Positions 30,609 to 43,200 of a stretch of 64,000 bases of DNA are shown here, piece after piece. Position numbers and translations under genes: made by a program. The notes below the pieces were generated by a model, which was not told where the DNA came from, made no database searches, and saw nothing but the letters and a program-made list of their open reading frames with translations. The DNA is from Prochlorococcus sp. AG-355-B18 (GTDB lineage: Bacteria; Cyanobacteriota; Cyanobacteriia; PCC-6307; Cyanobiaceae), in contig QCDI01000004.1 in assembly GCA_003280965.1 (NCBI GenBank), positions 1 through 64,000 of the forward strand. Direction: 5' to 3'. Position 1 is the first letter of the stretch. Every line of letters begins with the position of its first letter.

Positions 30609-31265
30609 ATGGGAGAGCTCTCAGTAAGGGAATTGCCTTTATTTCCTTTGCCAGAGGTAGTTCTTTTTCCTCAAGAAGTTTTACCTTTACATATTTTTGA
30701 ATCGAGATATAGAATCATGCTTCAATCTGTACTCGAAACTGACTCTATGTTTGGAGTTATAAAGTGGGATCCAAACACTAAAAGCATGGCCAATATTGGA
30801 TGTTGCGCACAGATAATAAAACATCAAACTGCAGAAGATGGAAGAAGTAATATTATCACTCTTGGACAACAAAGATTTCAAATTTTAGAAATCATTCGTT
30901 CAACTCCATTTTGCTCAGCGATGGTAAGCTGGGTAAGTGATGATAATATTGATAACCTCCAAAAATTAGATTCTCTAAAAGATTCAGTCACAGAAGCACT
31001 TAATGATGTTATTAATCTAACAAGTAAATTGACAAATACTAAGAAAAATCTACCCGATAAATTACCAAAGAATCCAATGGAATTATCATTTTGGATTGGT
31101 GCTCATTTGGGTGGTCCTGTTGCAGAGGAGCAGCAAAGACTTCTAGAGGAAAGAAATACTTATACTCGTTTGCAAAGAGAATATGAAATGCTTGATCATA
31201 CAAGAAAACAACTTGCTGCTAGAACAGCTTTGAAAGAAAGTTTTCCTGATATAAAAGAAAATTAA
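30609..31265 (+). CDS. LON peptidase substrate-binding domain protein
   Basis: LPLFPLPEVVLFP...LHIFESRY. Confidence 0.92.
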   Translation: MGELSVRELPLFPLPEVVLFPQEVLPLHIFESRYRIMLQSVLETDSMFGVIKWDPNTKSMANIGCCAQIIKHQTAEDGRSNIITLGQQRFQILEIIRSTPFCSAMVSWVSDDNIDNLQKLDSLKDSVTEALNDVINLTSKLTNTKKNLPDKLPKNPMELSFWIGAHLGGPVAEEQQRLLEERNTYTRLQREYEMLDHTRKQLAARTALKESFPDIKEN

Positions 31266-32201
31266 ATGTTTGAATTATTTATACCTTTTTTTTTACTATT
31301 TTTATTAATTTTAATTTTAGCCATTATTTGGAGAAGTAATGCCAGAAAATACATTTCTTCTGGTACAGTAGCTTCTGCATATGATGCTTGGACCCAAGAT
31401 AAATTACTTGAGAGGTTGTGGGGAGAGCATATCCACTTGGGTTTTTATCCCTCCGGAAATAAAAATATTGATTTTAGAAAGGCTAAAGTACAACTTGTAC
31501 ATGAGTTAGTCAGGTGGAGTGATTTAGATAAATTGCCCAAAGGTTCCAGAATTCTGGATGTAGGTTGTGGAATAGGAGGAAGTTCAAGGATTCTTGCAAA
31601 ATATTATGGTTTTAATGTTACTGGAATCACAATTAGTCCTGCTCAAGTAAAAAGAGCGAGAGAACTTACCCCTTCAGGACTAAATTGCAACTTCCAAGTT
31701 ATGGATGCATTGAATTTAAAGTTTGACGATGGAGCATTTGATGCTGTTTGGAGTGTTGAGGCTGGTGCACACATGAATGATAAAACTAGGTTTGCAGATG
31801 AAATGCTTAGAACTTTAAGACCTGGCGGGTATTTGGCATTGGCTGATTGGAACTCAAGGGATCTCAATGCATATCCTCCATCTTTTATTGAGAGGTTGGT
31901 ACTCAAACAATTACTTGAACAGTGGGTACATCCTAATTTTATTAGCATTAATGAATTCGGTGATATTCTGAAGACTAATAAAAATAGTGCAGGAAGAGTT
32001 ATTTCTGAAAATTGGAATTCTTATACAAACCCTTCATGGTACGACTCGATTATTGAAGGCATACGCAGGCCTTTTGCAATTTTGTCTCTTGGACCTTCAG
32101 CATTAATAAAGTCAATTAGAGAGATCCCAACTATACTTCTTATGGATTGGGCATTTAGAAAAGGTTTAATGGAATTTGGAGTCTATAAATGCAGAGGATA
32201 A
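31266..32201 (+). CDS. SAM-dependent methyltransferase (MPBQ/MSBQ or tocopherol MT family)
   Basis: WGEHIHLG, LDVGCGIGGS. Confidence 0.88.
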   Translation: MFELFIPFFLLFLLILILAIIWRSNARKYISSGTVASAYDAWTQDKLLERLWGEHIHLGFYPSGNKNIDFRKAKVQLVHELVRWSDLDKLPKGSRILDVGCGIGGSSRILAKYYGFNVTGITISPAQVKRARELTPSGLNCNFQVMDALNLKFDDGAFDAVWSVEAGAHMNDKTRFADEMLRTLRPGGYLALADWNSRDLNAYPPSFIERLVLKQLLEQWVHPNFISINEFGDILKTNKNSAGRVISENWNSYTNPSWYDSIIEGIRRPFAILSLGPSALIKSIREIPTILLMDWAFRKGLMEFGVYKCRG

Positions 32202-32202
32202 A

Positions 32203-33048
32203 TTAACTTAGTTCAACATTTTCAGAAAAATAATTTCCAAAATCAACGAAGTTATTGCAAAGTGGTTTTAAATGATTTTTTAATTCTCGAAGATTTGCAA
32301 TATTATTTTGATTATTTATTTCTAAATCAATATAAATAATATATTCGCCTAACTCTCTTTTAGAAGGTCTAGACTCTATTTTACTCATGTTAAATCCATA
32401 ATTTGCAATATGATTTATTGCTTCTAGCAAAGCACCAGGTTTATTTGAGATTAATGAGAAAGCAAAACTGGAAATATTTGCTGAATCAGAACTTAATTCT
32501 TTGCTCAATAAAACAAATCTTGTGCAATTCCCTGGGACATCATTTATAGGAAAGGCTAATTCTTTAAGTCCTTTAATTTGAGTTAAAGATTTCGAACCAA
32601 TAGCTGCTCTAAATTTACTTCCTTTAACCATATTGACAGCCTCTGAAGTTGAATTGGTTGGAAGAGGGATTGCATTTGGAAGATTTTCAGATAACCATTC
32701 TGAACATTGAGCTAATGCTTGAGGATGAGATAGTACTTCTGAGATAATTGAGAGTTCTCCATCACTAATTAATGCATGTTTTATAGGCAAAACAATTGCT
32801 TTATTGATAAAAATATCAGGAAACTTCCAAAGGGCATCTAAGGTAGCTGTAACTCCGCCTTCTACAGAATTTTCAATAGGAACTACAGCAGCATCACAAT
32901 TGTTGTACGCTATTGATTTAATGACCGAATGTAACCCATTACATGGTACAAATATAGGTGAATCAAAATTGGCAAGCTTTGATAAAATATGAGCTGCTTT
33001 TTCTGCGTATGTCCCTTTAGGGCCTAAATATGCAACTTGTTTGCGCAT
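32203..33048 (-). CDS. pheA: Prephenate dehydratase
   Basis: YLGPKGTY, VPIENSVEG, SHPQALAQC, TRF, IESRP. Confidence 0.95.
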   Translation of the reverse strand: MRKQVAYLGPKGTYAEKAAHILSKLANFDSPIFVPCNGLHSVIKSIAYNNCDAAVVPIENSVEGGVTATLDALWKFPDIFINKAIVLPIKHALISDGELSIISEVLSHPQALAQCSEWLSENLPNAIPLPTNSTSEAVNMVKGSKFRAAIGSKSLTQIKGLKELAFPINDVPGNCTRFVLLSKELSSDSANISSFAFSLISNKPGALLEAINHIANYGFNMSKIESRPSKRELGEYIIYIDLEINNQNNIANLRELKNHLKPLCNNFVDFGNYFSENVELS

Positions 33049-33100
33049 GATTAATTGTAAGAAAAAAAGAGATCAAATAAGCATTGGAGGGATATAGAAA

Positions 33101-33619
33101 ATGCTATTGTCTTTTGATGCTAAACAGAAACTAAAGCTTTCTGTAACAAGAAATAAAGAATATCTTTCTAAGTATCTTTTGGAAGAAGAAAGAGTTGTTG
33201 GAGCAATGCTAGACCCCAAAAAATTATTACCTGAAGGGGAAGGTAGGTACAAGTATACAGTAACAAGTTTTAAGGTTTTCCAATTAGATATTAACCCTGT
33301 TGTTTCAATTGCGGTAGAAAATAAAGATGGAATTTTAAAAATGAGTGCTCTTGATAGTACATTAGATGGATTGGGAATGATAGATGACTTTAATCTTATT
33401 TTGAAAGCGAATTTGGAAGCAACTGATATTGGATTAGAAGGGGAGGCCCTTCTAGGGGTATCTGTAAGTCAACCCCCATTATTAAAACTAGTACCAAAGA
33501 AAATTTTAGAATCTACTGGTCATTCTGTATTAAATGGGATTTTATTGGGAATAAAGACAAGAGTTCAACAGCAATTAGTTAAAGATTTTTTGGAATGGTG
33601 TGAATTAAATAAGATTTGA
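33101..33619 (+). CDS. Conserved cyanobacterial protein (DUF1997-like)
   Basis: Sequence pattern and conserved position between pheA and rnhB. Confidence 0.7.
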   Translation: MLLSFDAKQKLKLSVTRNKEYLSKYLLEEERVVGAMLDPKKLLPEGEGRYKYTVTSFKVFQLDINPVVSIAVENKDGILKMSALDSTLDGLGMIDDFNLILKANLEATDIGLEGEALLGVSVSQPPLLKLVPKKILESTGHSVLNGILLGIKTRVQQQLVKDFLEWCELNKI

Positions 33620-34222
33620 TTTCTTTAAAAAACTTTTCCTATGAAGATTAGTTATTCCATTTTTTTTGATATTTGAAAGATGCTCTTTCGTACCATATCC
33701 TTTATTTCTAAATATTAAGTATCCTGAGTATTTTTTTTCTAAACTTTCCATTAGATTATCCCGAGATACTTTTGCAACTATGCTCGCTGCAGATATTGAG
33801 GTAAATTTCGAGTCTCCTGATACTATATTTTTTTGAATTCCGTTCCATGGTCTTAACAACAATGGTCCATCAATTAATAGTTCAGATGGTTTCTCTTTTA
33901 ATTTTTTTAAAGCTCTTATCATTGAGAGTTCAGTTGCGACTCTGATGCCGAGCTTATCTATTTCTCTAACAGAGGATTGTCCAATTCCATAATCTGTAGA
34001 AAGTGATAAAATTTTTGGGAAAAGAAAGTTTCTTTTTTTGGACGTTAATTTTTTGCTATCCATTACTCCAAATTTTTTTAGAGTAAATTTATTTTTTTCA
34101 GTTAATACTACAACTGCTGAAAAAACTGGACCAAAAATTGATCCCCTTCCAACTTCATCCATTCCGACTTCATATACTTTATTCGATACTTGCCGAAGAT
34201 CTTCTTCTTTTTTTTCTTGCAT
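33605..34222 (-). CDS. rnhB: Ribonuclease HII
   Basis: [29 protein letters not shown]. Confidence 0.96.
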   Translation of the reverse strand: MQEKKEEDLRQVSNKVYEVGMDEVGRGSIFGPVFSAVVVLTEKNKFTLKKFGVMDSKKLTSKKRNFLFPKILSLSTDYGIGQSSVREIDKLGIRVATELSMIRALKKLKEKPSELLIDGPLLLRPWNGIQKNIVSGDSKFTSISAASIVAKVSRDNLMESLEKKYSGYLIFRNKGYGTKEHLSNIKKNGITNLHRKSFLKKSNLI

Positions 34223-36011
34223 TGTTTAGCTCATCTGTTACTTCAATTGCATCCTTCTGATTTAAAGATACAACTTCTTCATTCTCATTAGTTTTGTTTG
34301 TTGCTTCATCATTGGAATTTGTATTTTCTTCGATAGTAATGGCTATCCCTTCAAGGTCATTAGATTTTGACGTTTTTTTGACTCGTTTTCCTGTTGTTGT
34401 TTTTTTATTATCTAAAGTTTTTTCTTTTTCCTTGCTATTACTATCGTCCTTTAAATGAACAAAACTATTACTAGTTAAATATTCTTTCCCTAACTTTATT
34501 AGTGGATTAATACCTAAGTGACTGAAAACAATTTTTTCATCATTAGTAAGATCAACAGTTACTATATTTTTTTCTTTCGAATTTGATGTATTCAATTCAT
34601 CATTATCATTTTCTTTTTTAATCGAGGAATCCTCTTTACTTAAAATCTTGGTGTTAAGTAATTCCTTTTCATCATTTTTTTCCTGCTTGAAATTTGATTT
34701 AGAAGCACTTACATCTACAGATTTAATATTATTTGATTTAGAAGGCTTTTCTTCAGCATTTTTAAGTTGCAGATTAGAAATTTCAAAATTCAATTGATTT
34801 TCTACATGTCCAGTACCATTGCAGGAAGAACATTTTTTTCCGAATAATTCATATATATTTTGACCTTGTCTTTTCCTTGTTAACTCAACTAAACCTAATT
34901 CAGTAAGCTGAGCTATCTGAGGCCTAGCAGAATCATCTTTTATTGCTGAAGTAAAATGTTCAAGTAACTGGAATTGATCTCGTCTAGATTCCATATCAAT
35001 AAAATCTATTACGATAACTCCGCCAATATTTCTTAATTTCATTTGTCTTGATATTTCAATAGCTGCTTCGCAATTCGTCCACAAAACAGTCTGTCTTGAG
35101 TTAGCAGATCTTGTAAATGATCCAGAGTTTACATCAATTACTGTTAAAGCTTCTGTTGGTTCAATAATTATATAGCCTCCTGAAGGAAGTTCGACCCGCG
35201 GTTGAAGAGCTTTTTGAATTGTTTTCTTAATTTCGTATTTTTCTAAAATATGTTGGTTTAAATCATTATCATGAAATTCAATATCAACATTAGATTCATA
35301 ATTTGTTAAGAAATCTTTTGCCCTCTCAACTGACAATTTACTATCAATAACTATAGTTTTAGTGGATGATTTAATATGATCCCTTAATATCTTAAGAGCG
35401 AAATCATCATCTCTTTTGATTAAATTTGGTGGATTTAAAGTCTCAGAAACTTGTAAGATATTATCCCATTCTTGAATTAAATTTTCTAAATCTTCAATAA
35501 GTAGTTCTTCTTTAATTTTTTCTGCTTCTGTTCTAAATAGTAAACCTGTGCTAGTTGGTTTAATTAAAACCCCTAAAGCTTTTAAACGGTTTCGTTCTGT
35601 TTCTGTATTGATTTTTCTGGAGATATTTACTCCCTGGCCGTATGGCTGAAATATTAAGTACTTTCCAGGTATTGAAATGCTACCAGCAAGTCTAGGACCT
35701 TTAGATCCTGTAGGCTCCTTAATTACCTGTACAAGAACTTTTTGTTTCGGTTCTAGTAGTTCAGTTATTCCTAATGTTCCCTTCTTGAGTTTTAATGGAC
35801 CTAAATCAGATACATGGATGAATCCATTTTTATCACTCTCACCAATATTTATGAAAGCGGCATCAATGCCAGGGAGAACATTTTCAACTGTTCCCAAAAA
35901 AATATCACCAATTTGAAATTGGCCTTGTGCGACGATTAATTCATCAACTCGATCATCTGTGAGTAGTGCTGCAATTCGAGACTGCTCAGCGATGATAATT
36001 TGCTGAGACAT
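34179..36011 (-). CDS. rne: Ribonuclease E/G
   Basis: S1 domain, [19 protein letters not shown]-terminal RRRRSSA. Confidence 0.96.
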   Translation of the reverse strand: MSQQIIIAEQSRIAALLTDDRVDELIVAQGQFQIGDIFLGTVENVLPGIDAAFINIGESDKNGFIHVSDLGPLKLKKGTLGITELLEPKQKVLVQVIKEPTGSKGPRLAGSISIPGKYLIFQPYGQGVNISRKINTETERNRLKALGVLIKPTSTGLLFRTEAEKIKEELLIEDLENLIQEWDNILQVSETLNPPNLIKRDDDFALKILRDHIKSSTKTIVIDSKLSVERAKDFLTNYESNVDIEFHDNDLNQHILEKYEIKKTIQKALQPRVELPSGGYIIIEPTEALTVIDVNSGSFTRSANSRQTVLWTNCEAAIEISRQMKLRNIGGVIVIDFIDMESRRDQFQLLEHFTSAIKDDSARPQIAQLTELGLVELTRKRQGQNIYELFGKKCSSCNGTGHVENQLNFEISNLQLKNAEEKPSKSNNIKSVDVSASKSNFKQEKNDEKELLNTKILSKEDSSIKKENDNDELNTSNSKEKNIVTVDLTNDEKIVFSHLGINPLIKLGKEYLTSNSFVHLKDDSNSKEKEKTLDNKKTTTGKRVKKTSKSNDLEGIAITIEENTNSNDEATNKTNENEEVVSLNQKDAIEVTDELNNARKKRRRSSASIE

Positions 36012-36316
36012 ATAATTGATTCTGTATGATTTGGATTTTGAAAATCATCTAAAGTAAACAATTAGATTTTTATCTTTAAATAAATCAAATTTTGATAGCT
36101 TGTATTATGTACTTTTTAAAATTAATAAACTTAATAAAGTTAATAGTGATTGAATCCTACTATTTATAAAGCTTTAAACGATTTTCGAAATAATTGAAAT
36201 TGAATTCATAGCTATGATTATCTCTAAAATTAATCATAACTAAGATAATTTTACCATCTAATCACCACTAAAGCACGTTAATCAATTATTCTAATATTGG
36301 TGAGATTTTTTCTAAA

Positions 36317-37543
36317 GTGGTTCAAGTAAACGAAAATTATTTAAAACTCAAAGCAGGCTATTTATTCCCTGAAATTGCTAAAAGGGTAAAAATATATTCT
36401 CAATCAAATAAGAGTGCTGAAATTATTAAACTTGGTATAGGAGATGTTACAGAACCATTACCTAGAGCATGCATAGAGGCTATGGGCAAAGCTCTTAATG
36501 ATATGGGAACAATAGAAGGTTTTAGGGGTTATGGACCAGAACAAGGTTATTCTTGGCTCAGAGAAAAAATATCTGAGCATGATTTTATTTCGAGAGGCTG
36601 TCAAATATCACCTGAAGAAATCTTTGTTTCAGATGGCTCTAAATGCGATAGTAGCAATATATTAGATATTCTTGGCAAAGATAATTCAATTGCTGTAACA
36701 GATCCTGTTTACCCTGTATATGTGGATAGTAATGTTATGACGGGCAGAACTGGAGATGCGCTTGAAAATGGTACTTATCAAGGATTGACATATCTTGCGA
36801 TAAACGAGGGGAATAACTTTTTGCCAGAACTACCTGAAAAAAAAGTTGATATTTTATATCTTTGTTTTCCTAATAATCCAACTGGAGCAACGATTACGAA
36901 AGAAGAATTAAAAAAGTGGGTTGACTACGCTCTTGAAAATAAATCTCTAATACTTTTTGATGCAGCGTATGAAGCATTTATTCAAGATAATGATATTCCA
37001 CATTCAATATATGAGATTCAGGGGGCAAAGGATTGTGCTATTGAATTTAGATCTTTTTCAAAGAATGCAGGATTCACTGGAGTTAGATGTGCCTTTACAG
37101 TAATACCTAAAAACCTTAAAGGTTTGAGCTCAACAAATGAAGAAATAGACTTATGGCCTCTTTGGAATAGGCGACAATCTACAAAGTTTAATGGAGTAAG
37201 TTATGTGGTTCAGAAAGGAGCCGAGGCTGTTTATTCTCTTGAAGGGAAGAAAGAGGTAAGAGGTTTAATTGATTTTTACATGGAAAATGCAAAAATCATG
37301 AAAAATAAACTTCAGACTGCAGGATATAAAGTTTATGGTGGGGAAAATGCTCCTTATATCTGGATTAAAGTTCCTGATCAAATGACATCTTGGGATTTTT
37401 TTGATTTCCTTCTCCAAAAAGTCAGTGTCGTGGGCACACCTGGGAGCGGATTTGGATTATCAGGAGAAGGTTATTTCCGTTTGTCAGCATTTAACTCAAG
37501 ATCAAACGTCATTGATGCAATGCAAAGAATAATTAATATATAA
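36317..37543 (+). CDS. dapL: LL-diaminopimelate aminotransferase
   Basis: [27 protein letters not shown]. Confidence 0.96.
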   Translation: MVQVNENYLKLKAGYLFPEIAKRVKIYSQSNKSAEIIKLGIGDVTEPLPRACIEAMGKALNDMGTIEGFRGYGPEQGYSWLREKISEHDFISRGCQISPEEIFVSDGSKCDSSNILDILGKDNSIAVTDPVYPVYVDSNVMTGRTGDALENGTYQGLTYLAINEGNNFLPELPEKKVDILYLCFPNNPTGATITKEELKKWVDYALENKSLILFDAAYEAFIQDNDIPHSIYEIQGAKDCAIEFRSFSKNAGFTGVRCAFTVIPKNLKGLSSTNEEIDLWPLWNRRQSTKFNGVSYVVQKGAEAVYSLEGKKEVRGLIDFYMENAKIMKNKLQTAGYKVYGGENAPYIWIKVPDQMTSWDFFDFLLQKVSVVGTPGSGFGLSGEGYFRLSAFNSRSNVIDAMQRIINI

Positions 37544-37575
37544 TCATAAGTATCATTTAGTTCCAAGTAAATTTA

Positions 37576-37893
37576 ATGTTATCTATAAAGTTAGAACAAA
37601 GTGTAAGTAATAATTCGGCAGTGCTTGAAAAGAAACCTGCTGAATTAAAAAATAAATCTCCAAAATATAAGGTTTTACTTCATAATGACCCAGTTAATTC
37701 TATGGAGTATGTCGCTATTTCACTACGAGAAGTTGTGCCGCAGTTAAGCGAACAAGATGCTATCGCCATAATGCTTGAGGCTCACAATACTGGTGTAGGT
37801 TTGGTAATTGTTTGTGATTTAGAGCCAGCAGAATTCTACTCAGAATCTTTAAAATCGAAAGGAATTTCTAGTTCAATTGAAAAAGAAGATTAA
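37576..37893 (+). CDS. clpS: Clp protease adaptor ClpS
   Basis: YKVLLHNDPVNSMEYV, MLEAH. Confidence 0.93.
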   Translation: MLSIKLEQSVSNNSAVLEKKPAELKNKSPKYKVLLHNDPVNSMEYVAISLREVVPQLSEQDAIAIMLEAHNTGVGLVIVCDLEPAEFYSESLKSKGISSSIEKED

Positions 37894-37908
37894 AAACTAG
37901 TGAATTTA

Positions 37909-39555
37909 TTATTTAGAATGAGCTAGTTTCCTTTCTGATAAGGGGCGGACTTTTAATGACTCTTTTAAGGAAGACTTTCCATATTCTCTCTCAAGAATGT
38001 TGATAACTGTTTTACCGAATTCATCTTCTTGATTATCAAAAGCTTCTAAGCAAACCTGACCAAGCTTTTTGCCTAATGAGCCTGGATTCCATAGAAGTTT
38101 TCGCGCTGTCCATGGCATCATGCTCATTGGATTATAATTCGGCTTCAAAATTTTATGATCTAAGGCATACTGCTCAAGAAGAGTGTGAGGCTGCAAACCT
38201 ATAAAGAATATAGCAGGATCAACTAAGCCTTTACCAAAAATATTTTCTAATTCTCTATGGTAAGCAATTGTTTGTCTTATGGTGCTTGGCGTTTCATCAA
38301 AAACATTAAATGAATAATTGACTGAAACATGGTTCTTGAAACCCGATTGGACTAGCATTCTGCAATTATTTAATACAGTTTCAAGGTCATAAGCTAATCT
38401 CATTTTTCTAACAAGTTCTTGAGATCCGGAAGTGATACCGATTTCAAAATAGCTCATACCTGTATCAACCATAAGCTGAGCTAGCTCAGCATCAATATTA
38501 TCTGCTCTGATGTATGCAGCCCAATTAATATCGTCCCAGCCTTGATCCTTTATAGCTTGCAAAAGTGTCTTTGCATCTTCGATGTGTTTTTTTGTTGGAA
38601 TAAACTGCGCATCTGTAAACCAAAATCCTCTAACTCCAAGATCATATAATTGCTTCATTTCCTTGATTACTTCGTTAACAGGATTGACGCGAACCTGCTT
38701 CCCTTCCACAACCGTATAAACACAGAAACAACAATTATGTGGACAACCTCTTTTTGTTTGCACCCCTACATAGTAGTCGCCACCATCTATATACCAATTA
38801 AATTCAGGCCATATTGATTTAATATATTTATAGTTGCAGGCTGTTTTAACAGTGCCTGAAGGTTGTTCATGTATTAATTTGTTCCGAGGTTTTTGTCCAG
38901 CAAAATAACATCTTTCTTCTTCAATAGAATCACCCCTAATGATTTTCTCTATGAGATTTTCTCCCTCACCAACAGAAATGACAGTTCCTTTTGGAAGTAG
39001 ATTTCCTAATTGTTCATAAAAGACACTAACAGCTCCCCCTCCTAAAATTACTTTTACATCTTTGTTGTATTTTTGTGCTCTTTTGAGTCCCATCTTGACT
39101 AAAGAGGTATTTCTATATATCTCTCCATAATGAGATGCAATTAATTTTAAACCTCCCCAAGATCCTCTAATTTTTTTAAAGATATTTTTTGAGTAGAAAA
39201 CCTCAAATGAGTTTTGTAGGGGATTTCCGCTTCTACCATCGACTGGTGCATAAATTTGTATGTCTCTCCATGAAAATATTATTAGGTGAGGTCTAAATTG
39301 ATCAATTTTTCTAGTTAAAATTTTGGTGATTTTATTAGATGGGATTATCGCTAAATCAATAAATTGTTGTTCAATATTTGGGAAACATTTATGGATATGG
39401 TCTGCTAAGTAAATAGGTCCTATAGGAAATATTGGATTGCATGGAAGCCTTACAATAAGAATTTTCTCATAGTTATCCCTGTGGAGTTTTTCTTTATTTA
39501 TTTTTGTGAAACCAAAATTAAAATTCATGCTATGAAATTCAGATGAATCTGTCAC
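37909..39555 (-). CDS. B12-binding radical SAM protein (PSII high-light acclimation type)
   Basis: RGCPHNCCFC; N-terminal PIGPIYLAD. Confidence 0.85.
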   Translation of the reverse strand: MTDSSEFHSMNFNFGFTKINKEKLHRDNYEKILIVRLPCNPIFPIGPIYLADHIHKCFPNIEQQFIDLAIIPSNKITKILTRKIDQFRPHLIIFSWRDIQIYAPVDGRSGNPLQNSFEVFYSKNIFKKIRGSWGGLKLIASHYGEIYRNTSLVKMGLKRAQKYNKDVKVILGGGAVSVFYEQLGNLLPKGTVISVGEGENLIEKIIRGDSIEEERCYFAGQKPRNKLIHEQPSGTVKTACNYKYIKSIWPEFNWYIDGGDYYVGVQTKRGCPHNCCFCVYTVVEGKQVRVNPVNEVIKEMKQLYDLGVRGFWFTDAQFIPTKKHIEDAKTLLQAIKDQGWDDINWAAYIRADNIDAELAQLMVDTGMSYFEIGITSGSQELVRKMRLAYDLETVLNNCRMLVQSGFKNHVSVNYSFNVFDETPSTIRQTIAYHRELENIFGKGLVDPAIFFIGLQPHTLLEQYALDHKILKPNYNPMSMMPWTARKLLWNPGSLGKKLGQVCLEAFDNQEDEFGKTVINILEREYGKSSLKESLKVRPLSERKLAHSK

Positions 39556-39836
39556 TTTAAGAATCTAACTACTTTATTACTAATTTGTCGAAATTAAAAA
39601 TATTAAAAAAATACTAATAAAAATTTTTCAAATTTCAAACATCAGAAATTATATAAAGACTGTAATTGTTAGTAGTTTTAATTTGTAAATCCATTTAGCT
39701 GGCAAGACATAAACCCTTCATCAAAAAAATTTAAATACTTTTATAAAATAGAATTTTGGGGTACTAAAAAATCTTTAAAAAATATTTTAGTTGCGAAACT
39801 CTAGCAATAATTCTTGTTTTTAATATGCTTTTGAAA

Positions 39837-39908
39837 TGCCGATAATTGGAATTGAACCAACGACCTACTGTTTACGAGACAGTTGCTCTACCGCTGAGCT
39901 ATATCGGC
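39837..39908 (-). tRNA. tRNA-Thr (CGT)
   Basis: Reverse complement gccgatatagctcagcggtagagcaactgtctcgtaaacagtaggtcgttggttcaattccaattatcggca folds as a cloverleaf with anticodon CGT. Confidence 0.95.
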
Positions 39909-39951
39909 AATATAAAAATATTGATATTTTCATATAGACTTAATCTTATAG

Positions 39952-40203
39952 ATGAAAGAATTCATGTCAAAAATAGATCCTGAATTAAAAAAGAAACTAT
40001 TAAAAGAATCCCAAGCTCCTTTTAAGGGATTAAGAAAAATATTATGGATAGCTTTTAGTGGTTCGGCATTTTTGGGACTTTTTATAATGCTTTCAAAAAT
40101 TGCGAGTGGAAGTGAATTACAGCAAAATAACCTCCTAATACAAATTGTTGCTTGTATATTATTTCCTACTTTATTATTCCTTGACCGGGATAAAGATCTA
40201 TAA
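39952..40203 (+). CDS. Small two-TM protein (DUF3493-like)
   Basis: LLKESQAPFKGLRK plus two hydrophobic helices. Confidence 0.7.
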   Translation: MKEFMSKIDPELKKKLLKESQAPFKGLRKILWIAFSGSAFLGLFIMLSKIASGSELQQNNLLIQIVACILFPTLLFLDRDKDL

Positions 40204-40209
40204 GTTAAA

Positions 40210-40247
40210 TATTTAATTATTTAATTATTTAATTATTTAATTATTTA
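40210..40247. repeat. 8-bp tandem repeat (tatttaat) x4 plus a partial copy
   Basis: Directly visible; overlaps the infB stop codon. Confidence 0.8.
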
Positions 40248-43200
40248 GTTAAAGTCCTTTTTTGAGTGACAAATTTGAATGCTTCGATTATGTCTCCTTC
40301 ATTCCAAGACGAGAATTTATCACAGCCAACTCCACATTCAAACCCTGTATTTACTTCTTTCACATCATCTTTAGACCTTTTAAGAGAGTCTAGATTACCT
40401 TCGAAAATTACTTTATCTGATCTAATAACTCTAAGAGAACAATTTCTTTGTAATTTGCCAGTTTGTATATAACAACCTGCAATAGCACCTTTGCCAACTG
40501 CGAAAGTTGCTCGAACTTCCGCTTTACCTAATGATTCTTCGACAAGATCGGGTTCAAGTAGCCCTTCCATGGCCAACTGAATATCCTCTAAGAGTTTATA
40601 GATTACTTCATATTCTCTTATATCAACGTCATTAGCATCAGCTGCTCTCTTCGCTCCAGAAGCCAATGAGGTGTTAAATCCAATGATTACCGATCCAGAT
40701 GCAGCAGCAAGATCGATATCTGTCTCAGTTATTTCACCTGGAGCAGAAAGTAGGACTCTTACTTGAACCTCATTTTTTGGTAATTGTTCTAGTGATCCTA
40801 ATATCGCTTCAACACTACCTTGAACATCTGCCTTGAGAATTAAGTTTAACTCTTTAAGTTCTCCATCATTTGCTTGAGTTGATAAGGATGATAAGCTGAC
40901 TCTTCTAGAGGCCATTTGCTGAGCTAATTTTGTCGCTCTAGCATCTGTTGCCCTATCTCCGACAATGGCTCGACCAGTTTTCTCATCAGGGTAGACTTCG
41001 AATTCATCCCCTGCAGTTGGTACTTCACTGAATCCTAGCGCTTCCACTGGGAATGATGGCCCTGCTTCTTTGATTCTATTACCATGTTCATCAACCATCG
41101 CTCTAATTTTTCCAAGGACTGAACCCGCAGCTAAAACATCTCCAGATTTCAAGGTTCCATTTTGTACTAACAAAGTAGCCACAGGTCCTTTTGCTTTGTC
41201 TAGGTGGGCTTCAATAACAGTACCTTTTGCAAATCTATCAGGGTTAGCTTGTAGATCTTCAACTTCTGACACTAACAAAATCATTTCTAGCAATTTTTCG
41301 ATATTTTGTTTTTTAATTGCACTCACTGGAACCATCACAGTATCTCCTCCCCAATCTTCAGCAATTAAATCTTTTTCTGATAGTTCTTGCTTTACTCTCT
41401 CTGGAGATGCTCCTTCTTTATCAATTTTATTTATTGCAACGACAATTGGTACTTTTGCTGCTCTTGCATGACTAATGGCCTCAAGCGTTTGAGGTCTGCA
41501 ACCATCATCTGCAGCAACTACAAGAACAGCTACGTCAGTAACCTTTGTACCCCTTGCTCTCATTGCAGTAAAGGCTTCATGCCCAGGGGTATCAAGAAAA
41601 GTTAATTTTTTCTTTTGAGATTCATGTTCAAATTCAACTTGATAAGCCCCTATGTGTTGAGTGATGCCTCCTGCTTCTCCTGAAGCTACTCTTGATTCTC
41701 TGATGGAATCTAAAAGACTTGTTTTGCCATGATCTACATGACCCATCACTGTAATAACTGGTGGTCTTCTTATTAGATTATCAATATCATCAGATTCAAT
41801 CATATCAACTGTTTTCTCAGCAGCTTCTTGGATATCATCTTGTAAAACAGGCACCCCAAATTCTTCTGCTACTGTTTCGATAGTTGCTAAGTCAAGTGAT
41901 TGAGTAACAGTTGCCGTTATACCTTTGAAGAAAAGAGATTTTATTATTTCAGAACTTTCAAGGCTTAATTTATCAGCTAATTCTTGAACAGTTAAATTAT
42001 CTTCTGGAACTATTATCATTTCAGGTCTTACTTGTTTAGCCTCTTTGGCAGCCTTTAATTCCATTGCTCTCCTTTTCTGCCTTTGTCTTGTGGTCTCTTT
42101 TTTCTTCTTCTTAAATTGTTTGATAGATTTTTGAGATTTAGTTTCTTCAGACTTTTCTTTCTTAGGACGCGCCAGACTTGCTGATAAAATTGAAATTTTC
42201 TCGCCTGAGTATCCACTGGTTTCAGATGTTAATGAATCATCATTTTCACCAATAATATGAACTTTCTGCCTTTGTTTTTGAGGATTTTTACTTCTTAATG
42301 CTTCAAGTTTTGCGCTATCATCCCAGTCTGTCTTCCCAGGTTTCTTTGAACTATTTGAAAATGCTCTATGAGGAGGTTTTTTGGAACTTGGAGTAGCATT
42401 TGGACGACTATTAGGAGCTTTCACCTTCTGCTTAGGTGCATCGATATTTTGTATTGCGTTATTGTTTTTACCTAGGTTGTCTTTCTCAGAGTTACTATTT
42501 TTTTGAAGCTGCAAAAGTTCATTAGGTGATACTGGCTTCCTTATGCCAGAAGAATTTTGGCCATTGAATTTAGAACTAGGCCTATTATTGGGCATGCCAG
42601 GTCTGTTGGGAGAACCAGTTCTATTGGGATTGCCTTGCCTATTAAATGAGCCAGGTCTGCCTTGATCTGAAGGTTTGTTTCTTAAACCAGGCCTATTATT
42701 GGGCATACTAGGTCTGTTGGGAGAACCAGGTCTATTGGGATTGCCTTGCCTATTAAATGAGCCAGGTCTGCCTTGATCTGAAGGTTTGTTTCTTAAACCA
42801 GGCCTATTGGGCATGCCAGGTCTATTGGAAGAACCAGATCTGTTGGAGGGAGTTTGATTAAAAGAAATATTTTGCTTATTATTTTGCTTAAGAGAGTCCT
42901 CTCTTCTTATCGGAGCTCCTACTAACTCAGGGGTGTTTGGTCTATTATTATTTTTTAATTTAGGTTTGTTCGTATTTTTATCAGGTTTGTTTGATAGTGT
43001 TCTTTTGTTCCCTGAATCGTAGATTTTTCTGGAAGATTCATTAGATTTAACATTATTATTTATATTTTTAGGCTTTGCAATTAGTTGAATAGGAGGTTTT
43101 GCCGGACTTTTGATAGGTGGGGTTGCGCTAATTAGCGAAGTTTTTTTATCTTGGTTGATATTTTGTAAAGGATTAGTATTAATATTTTGTTTCTTAAGGT

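Noticed and set aside
39837..39908. tRNA-Thr as a second integration site
   Set aside because: No duplicated 3' end or mobile genes nearby; the flanks are core genes.
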